Part shown: positions 54,918 to 64,000 of the stretch, piece after piece
Layout of the letters: each line of letters starts with the position of its first letter
Numbering within the stretch: position 1 is the first letter of the stretch
Source of the DNA: Auanema rhodensis
Taxonomy: Eukaryota; Animalia; Nematoda
NCBI GenBank assembly: GCA_964057225.1
Contig: OZ059896.1
Location: 11,036,001-11,100,000 of the forward strand
DNA length: 64,000 nt
Direction: 5' to 3'
Made by a program: the position numbers and the translations under genes
Notes under the pieces: generated by a model
Database searches by the model: none
Told to the model about the DNA's origin: nothing
The model's input: the letters and a program-made list of their open reading frames with translations, nothing else

Positions 54918-56890
54918 GTTAGTTTTTAATTATATTTAATTTTTAAAATATAAAATATATATGTATATCTATATAACTATATAGATATAGATATAGAAAT
55001 TATTTTCTAAAATAGATAATAGATATCTTGAGTAATCTTTGATTAATATATTAATAATCTATTCACAAAATTAATTATAATGATAATTAATAGGTAAAAT
55101 GATTTAGTATTGTATATTTAATTATACAATTTAATGATTAATAATATATCTCTGTCATTATCTTTAGAAAGATATTTTTATAATAATCTAAAAAAGCTTC
55201 TTTCATTCTTCTTTCTAACTATATCAACATATTTTTCTATTTTAATCAAATATTATAAATGTATATATATATTGATATATAGATAGATATACAAATGTAT
55301 ATTCAAAGTTTTTTTAACATTTAAGATAAGGAAAATGAATTTTCCCGATATTTTGAAGCTTGCAATATAAAAAGTGTTTTGTTGTGTTCAAACTCGTTCA
55401 TTTGCCTTGTTATTCTTCTGAGTCGTTTTTGAAGCCATTTTATGTGGAAGTCTGTTCTCTCACTTTTTCTCTCGCCGGACTTGCTTGTCGCTTAGGCCTC
55501 TTTTCAAACGTTGATGTGGTTTGGTAGGCTGTCCTGAACTTCATCGCTATTCCAGATGTTATTTTGAGTTATTGCACAAGCTTTTTTGCTCTGAAACAAA
55601 CAGAAAAATACTTTATTTTACCTTTGTCCTTCATCTGAAATCAAAAATCTTTTGGTATTATGTTGTTGTTGAATGATAACAATCTATATTTTCTATACTT
55701 TTATACCAACCATAGTATTTGTTTATATTATTATTTCATAGAATATATGTATATTTTTTCAAAAACTAAAAAAAAAGGATTAATTTACAAAAAAAAACTG
55801 ACTCACTCACTTATGTTGCAAGCAAAAGAATTCACTTTGAAATTTACTTATAGTATACCTGTATCATTTATTCTGAACGTATTTGAGTGAGCTTCAATTT
55901 GTTTTTGATCATCCAATTTAGATTCTTGCCTAGCAATGTCATGGTCTTTTCGTCTTGTTTATCAACATGTCTCCTTCTTCGGGAATAGCCCGTGTCTGTT
56001 GGTCCGTTTTCGGCCAACAAACTAACCATGAGCTACCCTGCCCGTTCGATTTGCTTGTTCACCCTACTTTCTCTCATTTCTTTTTTACTCTCTCTTCTCC
56101 TCATTCTTCAACTTGTTCTATTTGGGACCATAGACTTTTCTTGGTGGCTGTTGTTCAAAAGAATCTTGGTCAATATGTGGCTGTTGTTGGCCAGAAAAGC
56201 TCTATGCCTATTTGAATCCTGCCTCCTGCCAGTCTTAATGTCGCAGCCGCAGCTCCGGGATGGATTCTTTACTTGATTTTTTTGAATGAAGTTGAGAACG
56301 GCAATCTCAAAAATTACTGCTTCTTTCAATCTTTATCATGGATTTTCTCCATTTTTTTCTTGCCGTCAATTTTCTTAACGTTCCTAAAAGGTTCGACAAA
56401 CTATGTTAGCATTTAAATTTGAAAATTTCGGTTTTAGCATGTGTCAATGTTCTTTTTCTAACAAAATTGTTGAGTTTTTTAATTATTTAAGAACAATCAA
56501 TAATGTTATCTTTATGATAAAAATTATTTCATCAATATTCTCATTTATATTTAATTCTTTGTTTTGAAACAATTTTCTTTTTAAACCAATAATTTTCGAA
56601 ATTCATAAAACATTTAGAAAAACAGTTGGAAAGAAAAACATTTCGTCATTGAGTTTTGCAAAAAATTATAAAAATAATATTGTTTAAATCTAAAAAGATC
56701 AGAGCTTGAAACTTGATTTCCGGAAATTGCTCATCTATAAATGGATACTTAGTCTCCAAAAGAAGAGTATCCAAGACGTTATTGCTGTTGTGAAGAAGCA
56801 TGATGTCAGTGAAGAAGTGTCAAGCAAAGAGAGAGACAGTCTTCATATGCTGATTCTCTTTCCTCATCTTACTTCATATACTTCTATCAG

Positions 56891-56893
<3 letters not shown>

Positions 56894-56946
<53 letters not shown>
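56894..56946. repeat. (CT)n microsatellite
   Basis: About 26 CT units. Confidence 0.9.
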
Positions 56947-56950
<4 letters not shown>

Positions 56951-58565
56951 ATCTCTATCTTTCTCTCTATCTCTCCCATACACACACCATCGTTTCCCAC
57001 TCAGTTTCTAGAAGACACAAGAATCGAAATCTTATTTGGTCTTTCCTTTTCTAGAAGAAGTAGCAAGCAATCGGTTTTGAGGTCCATAATGAGTGGCCAA
57101 TAAATGGATTATGGCTGTCGGTTGAGCGTCACATGTGAAAAAGACTCATGACGTTCTCCAATCTAACCTAGCCCCTAGAAGGACAGCATTTTCTAACAAT
57201 CGCAATGTCACAATCACATCGTGTTCGGCATAATTAGCCAAAATGTAATATAAAATATGATTTTCGAACAAATAGTAATATCAATTGAACTTCAATACAA
57301 GTAATATTAAAAGCAATATTTATATAATTCTTATTAAATATGAGAACTATAAAACAATTTTCAATAAATGAAGAAGCCATATATTGCATATCGGATTAGG
57401 AAAACCCTTTTGGAAGAACGAAAAGTGTTGTTTCGGTATTTAACGATGTCTGGAATATGAATAAATAAGTTTGAAGAAATAAGCTTCAAATAAGCTTGAA
57501 CAATGCTTTTGTACAACGGATTTAGCATTATCTCAATCTAGTATATAAGTAAAGCATTTGTTCTTATAATATTTTTTTGAACAAAAAAAAATAGTAGAAA
57601 TGACTGATAATACTATATATATATATAGAGAGAGAGGGTTGTTTTTTTTAATTTTTGAAGAAATATTACGATAATTCTTTCTTTATGCTATTAGTCTTCG
57701 AATCAAATCAGTTTTAGTTTATATTTAGTTGTCATCAGGTTAGCTATAAGTCTGTATACAACAACATACAATACAGGTCGAACATATGTGTATCTGTGTA
57801 TATGACCTTTTACCTTACAGTAATGCATCTAATGACATCTAAATCATTACTAATTCAAAAGAATATAAAGAAAAAAAAGCTCAAATCAATATAATATTAT
57901 TTAATTTATAATTATTATTAATATTATATTATATTTAAAAAGTTTTTTTTCTCATTTTAATTATTAGAATATGACAATAATTAGTTTCAATTGTTTCTTC
58001 TTATACCGAGATACATATTCTAGATTAAGTATGATTGTTTAGTTATAACATAGTATAAGTTATATACTATATTAACTATATATTTTATAATATATAGTAT
58101 CTAGTAGTATTTAACAAACATTTTTATAAATATATTTTTACTATTCCAAATTTATTACGAGAAATAGCAAAAACAATAAAAAAATTGTTTTTTTTTTTGC
58201 GAGTAATCTAGCTTTCGTTCTTTTCGTTTATTTCCAAAAGCAGATGGTTGATATCTGCCAATTCAAGAAAATTTCAAAATATAATCAGAAATAACAAACA
58301 AAGTATATTAATAGTTTCTGTTATACTACTTGTTAATATTTTTGACTTTTTCATACCAAATTCATATACAAGACTTCAAATCCATTTTATTTTTAATCTT
58401 TTCCCCTATTTTCATATAATAATATTTAGTATTTTTTAGTTGATTCAGTCTTTTTTTCTCATATTGAATATCATTATCTGTTTTTTTCCGTTCAATTCAT
58501 TTTTTCGTTTAATTGACCAGTGTTTTCTTGAACCAATAATTCTTTATTTCAATCATTTTTTTATT

Positions 58566-58602
<37 letters not shown>

Positions 58603-60173
58603 ACATACCAACTCCCCTCACCCTCTTCTCATCTTTCTTCTCTTATATAGAAATATAAACCACTGACCTCGGTTGATGTGTTGGTTACTGCTCTGACAGC
58701 GTCTGTATGTGTATGAGTGTATGTATGCGCCGTCTGGCATCGTCCTTGTGTCTCCTCTATGTTATAGCTGGTTAGCAGAATAGCTTACTGCCTGGCTGAG
58801 GCATAACGGCAGTATGCAAGCAGAGACCCGATACCTTCATTTTTCACGTTCAAACTTTATTGACCACTGTTTAGCATCATTTGTTCTGAGTTTAAGCTTC
58901 ATTTTCACATAATATATAATATATATTATATTAAATATCATATAATATTAAGAAAGTGAAAGTCTTTTATACATCGAAAGTTTTCGCGATTTAATTTCGT
59001 TTTTTCTTTCGAGTACATCGAAAAAATCTTTCAATTACCAGTCTAATTCTGATGGTTGGTGTGATAGTCATGCTACGATTCTGGTTATTTCTTCAAACAT
59101 AATTGCAATATCTCAATTACAATACAATTAGTTCAGAACTGTATTTCGAGATTTCAATAGCTGTTTAACTTTCATGAAACAGATTTTCCCTTATTATCTT
59201 CCATTTTGCTTATTTCTACCTTCAAATCCATAATGATATGAAAACCGCCAAAATGTGTCTTCAACTAGCTGATGTCCACTTCACCCTCATATGGGCTTGG
59301 TATTCGGTTGTTATTCAATGGCGTTGGATCTGCCGGGCCATGTGTGCCGGAGGGAGCTTTCCCCTTTCTCTCCATCTCCCATTCTTTTTATTATGCTTTC
59401 TTCACTTGATTCTCTATATCTCATACGACATACTGTTCTTTTCAAATATCTCTCTTTCTCTCGTCACAGAAGGATTTGGTCAAGTATCCAATTATACGTC
59501 GGAGAGTGTCCGCTAAGAGTACACGAAGCCAGTCGGTCTGTCTTCCATGACTTGTCATGTCACATAGTTATTTAAAGTAACTTACAGAAACAATATGTAA
59601 TAGGAAGATTTTCAAATAAATGTAAAATATTTTGTTTTTTTCTTTAAATTTCATCGTAAACTTTGAAACTTATTGCTCAAAAATAATTTTTGTACATATA
59701 CATACTTCTAATCGAATGATTTGTTTTCATTGATATTTCATGTTATTGATTTGAAAGCTTCAAATGTCTTTTCTCCAAATGAATCAAAAGAATTTAATGT
59801 TAAGAAAAAGAAAAAAAAAGAATTCTCGTAGACAATACGCTTGTTTTACAAGAATGAGAACACTTTAATCGGTTTTCTCTTTCTGCTACTACACTGCTCT
59901 GAGTTAAGGTCATGAGATATACATCTATTGTTTGAATATTTTTGTTTTTTTATTTTTTAAGGAAATTATGTTACACAAATTAGGTTTTATCGGTTGAAAA
60001 ATTGAAAAGTTATCGATATTTTGTGGCATAAGCTGAATCGAATATGAAGAGTTAAATGTACGTTTAACTCGATGTTGAGGCATGTCCGATGAGTAAATAT
60101 CAGAGATAGAGAGTGAGACAAGCCTAGGATGGTTTACCAAGCATTTTTTTCGTTAGCATCTTTTCACCACCTT

Positions 60174-60184
<11 letters not shown>

Positions 60185-60223
<39 letters not shown>
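60185..60223. repeat. (CT)n microsatellite
   Basis: About 19 CT units. Confidence 0.9.
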
Positions 60224-60229
<6 letters not shown>

Positions 60230-61332
60230 CTATATGTATATTGATCTGTCACTTTGATTGTCCTTTTCTTCAAATTTTTTATCTTAATCTATGTTTTAAC
60301 TTTCTGTTTGTATTTATTTTTGAAAATGAACAAAAAATATAAGATAAAGAATCGTTTATATGAAAATATCATGATATGATGCATTATAGTTGATTTCTTG
60401 TAGAAACAGTCATACTATATGCAAACATTATTTCACAAGATTTTTCAATTATTTTCATTTATATATAATATTTTATATACTTAATACTATATAAACTATA
60501 TTATTTATTATTACATTAATAGTTTAACTATATACAAATTCTTTTTTGGATAAGTAAGTATTCATTTCAACTTCAAATTCTTACATATTTCTTTCATAAT
60601 ACTTTCACAATTGTGGAATATGTGTGAGAAACATAGCAGATAACCCTAAACTACTAGTTATTTTTTACATCAGAAGAAGCTGAAACATTTGAAATTTGTG
60701 AAAATACGTTTCAAAACTTCTAATGTTATACCATTTGTTGTGCTGCTCATCCATATTTTGCATTTCTTCGATGTTTGAAAGGTTTTGCTCAATTTCCGGA
60801 CCACATCCGTTTTCATTCCACCATTAGATGAACTGATACGATCTACTATGTATTTATCTTCTGTCTATGTGACACACATATTTAGATTGGCATTTAGTTA
60901 ACCGCAACTTGTAAACTTATATTCTTCAAAAAGTATTTTTCTTTATTCTAATCCAATAGTTACATAGACTATCGAATATAATCAGAATTCTTAATATAGT
61001 TATTAAGATGAAATAGAAAGATAACTATATGTATCTCATACAACATTCGTAATAGTTTCTTTTTCATTTTTGTTCATTTCAACTTACTTATTTCTCTTTT
61101 TTTCACATCTTCACTATACCGTTTGTGTAGTAGAAAATGCATTGTACCTCAGTATCATCATTGACATTTTCTACGGAGGATAGGATGATAGAGAACTACT
61201 CGTGTGACGACGTCAACCAAGACAATTGTTTTTTAGGATTCAATTCATTCGCTCTGACGTACAGATAACTCGTTTCAAGTCGTAGCTTTTCGCCTAGTCC
61301 ATCTATTTCATTAAGATCCTTTATTTATTTTC

Positions 61333-61337
<5 letters not shown>

Positions 61338-61387
<50 letters not shown>
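61338..61387. repeat. (AT)n microsatellite
   Basis: About 25 AT units. Confidence 0.9.
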
Positions 61388-61390
<3 letters not shown>

Positions 61391-63323
61391 GAATATTACT
61401 AAATTTAATTTTTTGTTGAAAATAAGATTCAATCTCCAAATGTGAACATATAACAAGCTAATTGATTGATATATTTCATTTTTACGCCAGAATATATGTC
61501 TACATATATGTATATTCGTAAACAATATTTTAGTTTTCCAATAAATTTTAGTGAAATCTAGATGTTTTAGACTATTTTCATATAACCACTCTTCTCTACT
61601 CCCCCCCCCCTCTACCGACCACGGATTTTATTTGTTAGAGAAGCAGAGGACTCCGGCTAAGCATCAGACGTCCCTTCGTCCGTCCACATTGAGCGGCAGC
61701 AAACTTAACTAAGCCACAGTCCAACTAGCTTGCCAAATGCAAGAACAAGTGGCTTACAGTTTCCCTGTCACTATCCATTGCAAGTAAAATTCCAATTCTT
61801 TACCATATATGTAATGTGTTAGTGGCTATTTCAATTATATCTTCTAAACCACTTGCTCTTTCTACGACCGTCATTTTCTGGCGTTTTTCTTGCTATGACC
61901 TCTGGTCTTGTCGTGAAAATAAAACACACTTGCTGACCATTTGGAAAGGTCGACCTCTTCTTCTACAGGGTCTCTTGCATTCCTTTAATCTCTCCATACA
62001 TTGTGGTCACACGTGCCTTTAGCCTGTTTGGGTCACAAAAATCGTTGAAACTGTTTCGTTTCCCTATCTCCTCTCCCTCTCTTTCTTTCTCTCCGTTTGC
62101 ACATGTACAGCATTTATTCTCTTTTCTTCATGCAAATCAGTAAATTATATAAACCATAAAGATGAATTAACAAACATCTTTATGAATATATAATTATTTT
62201 TTTTAAATATAATGTAAAGTAAATTAATTAATTAAAATGAAGATTTTTTCTTTCTTTCATTTATATTATTAATGGTTAATTCATACAATCATTTATTCTT
62301 TTGGAATAATTTCAAATATTCTGTCATTCAGCAAGAGGTTCTCTCTCTTAGTTTTGTTATATGAAGTCTAATGTCTATTTGAATTTACTTGCTTTTCCTA
62401 AAATGACATATTTACGATGTGATGTCTCCAATGCCCTAACCTCTTCTTTGTTTTCTATGTTCGTCTCATCTCTCCTCATTATCCATTTTCTATTCCCTTT
62501 TCTCCCAACAGCTACTACAGCTTGCCTTTTATAGCGAACAGTTAACGAGCCTACGACTCTCATGTTAACTAAGTGTTTTATTTTTATTTTCGAAAGTAAG
62601 TAAATGCTTACAACTTTCTAATATGAAATAGAAATTACTTTGACTGTACTCTGTTTATCCTTACTTTTCGTTTTATCTGATATTCTGAAATTCTGTTTAA
62701 AGTTACGTTGCTGCAAAGAAAAATTTGTTAGATTTTGGAAAAAGAAGTTTAACTAACCCAAAAATTCGTAAAGGCTGTTGGGCTTGTTTAAACTGACTGC
62801 AGTTGCAAAACGACCTTGTAGTAGTTATTCATCTATTTGGAAAGAAAATATATTCACCCCTTTGATCGCTTTTCTTTATTTCTTTCACAAATACTCATAG
62901 CTCGTCTTCATCCTGCTTTTCCATTTTATTTGACTGCTTTTGCACTGTCAAATAGCTTTGGTTTTTCGTCGTCAGCAGCCTCATCAACATCATCATCCTC
63001 GCAGCGAACCATCTTCGACGTCACCAGTATTCTGTTTCTCATTCCTTTTCATTCATTGAACATATTCAATCCCCTCGTTCAGTTTTTCTCTCATGCTTAC
63101 CATCTATACTCTCCATTGTATTTACAGTCTCTAACTGTAGCTATTATCCCCCCCCATCCCCTGAAGAAGTCAGTTCCTCTTTCAGTTTCTGGATTGAAGA
63201 TTGAGTCAGCAAAACCGAAAAACGACTTGTCTGTCCTACTCATCTTAGCCAACATAGTTAAAAATGCGTACATACATATATGCGCTTATATGTTCAAGGA
63301 AAGAACATTTTTACGAGACTGCT

Positions 63324-63395
<72 letters not shown>
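63324..63395. repeat. (ATC)n trinucleotide microsatellite
   Basis: About 24 ATC units, which generate the poly-H/I/S/M ORFs in the ORF track. Confidence 0.92.
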
Positions 63396-64000
63396 TTCTT
63401 CATCAATAGCTGTTTGCAGGGTTTATTTTTGCCTCTTATACCAAGATCATGGAATTTGTAGTAAAACATGGCTATTGGACTAATTCTCTCGTATTCACAA
63501 TTTTTACACAACATTAGCCAATATAAATTCAACCCGGCTTGATCTGAACATCTGACGATGATGAAGGGCAAGAGAGGTGGACTCGTGCTGTTATGCACCA
63601 GCTGCCAACATATCCTCAAAATTAAAGTAAAACTATATTTCTCTACAAGTTCTATGAAATGATTTTTTTTCTCTTTCTTTTTCATCTTAAACATCCATAT
63701 ATTCTTGGCTATATCTTCAATTTGTTTGAAACTTGTCTCCTACGTCGTCGTTAACTACCACGTTCAGTAGAGACGTAGAGCAGACTCTGCTGTCTCATGC
63801 CTGGCCTCTCTGCTACTAAACATAAAAAACAGGAGGGAGAAAGAATCGAATAGTAGAGAGAAAATTATAAAGATAGATGAGAGTATAGCAAGAAAGAGAA
63901 CGAGAGCGAGAAGCTCTTAACTAAGAGCCCATGTCATAGCTAAAACCAGATTTGGCAGTTCCGGAATCGAAATATGGTCATTTTTTAACGTTGAAAGTAT

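Noticed and set aside
62837-63694. Long ORFs with poly-His/Ile/Ser/Met runs
   Set aside because: These are by-products of the (ATC)n microsatellite, with no domain or exon support.
1-64000. CRISPR arrays, prokaryotic operons, intact transposons, telomeric TTAGGC arrays, genetic-code reassignment
   Set aside because: None was seen. Only isolated TTAGGC hexamers occur, and all conserved genes translate with the standard code once introns are removed.

Overview
AT-rich eukaryotic genomic DNA from a nematode, probably a rhabditid. The evidence is dense ~45-60 nt GT-AG introns, TTTCAG-type acceptors, an operon-like gene pair and clear C. elegans-like orthologues. Exon-by-exon reconstruction by hand gives 11 protein-coding genes: two divergently transcribed Cys-loop ligand-gated ion channels, a UDP-glycosyltransferase, a GPI-anchored Ly6/three-finger protein, smg-3/UPF2, an hnRNP F/H-like gene, osm-3 kinesin-2, hyl-1 ceramide synthase, an MSP-domain protein, a PAI-only Pax (npax-like) gene, and the 5' part of a ZMIZ1/tonalli-like gene. 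Long regulatory or intronic stretches carry oriented (CT)n/(GA)n tracts. The most striking feature is the hnRNP F-like / smg-3 operon junction: a stop-free frame runs from hnRNP F qRRM3 across the whole intercistronic region into the UPF2 ATG. Three separate splicing outcomes would each give an in-frame hnRNP F-UPF2 fusion, and both genes carry candidate PTC-producing (AS-NMD) events. Also notable are two introns in otherwise intact genes that need non-AG 3' splice sites (GG and CG), and a pre-miRNA-sized hairpin. No prokaryotic features, CRISPR arrays, rRNA or tRNA were seen. All models are manual and have not been checked against transcripts.
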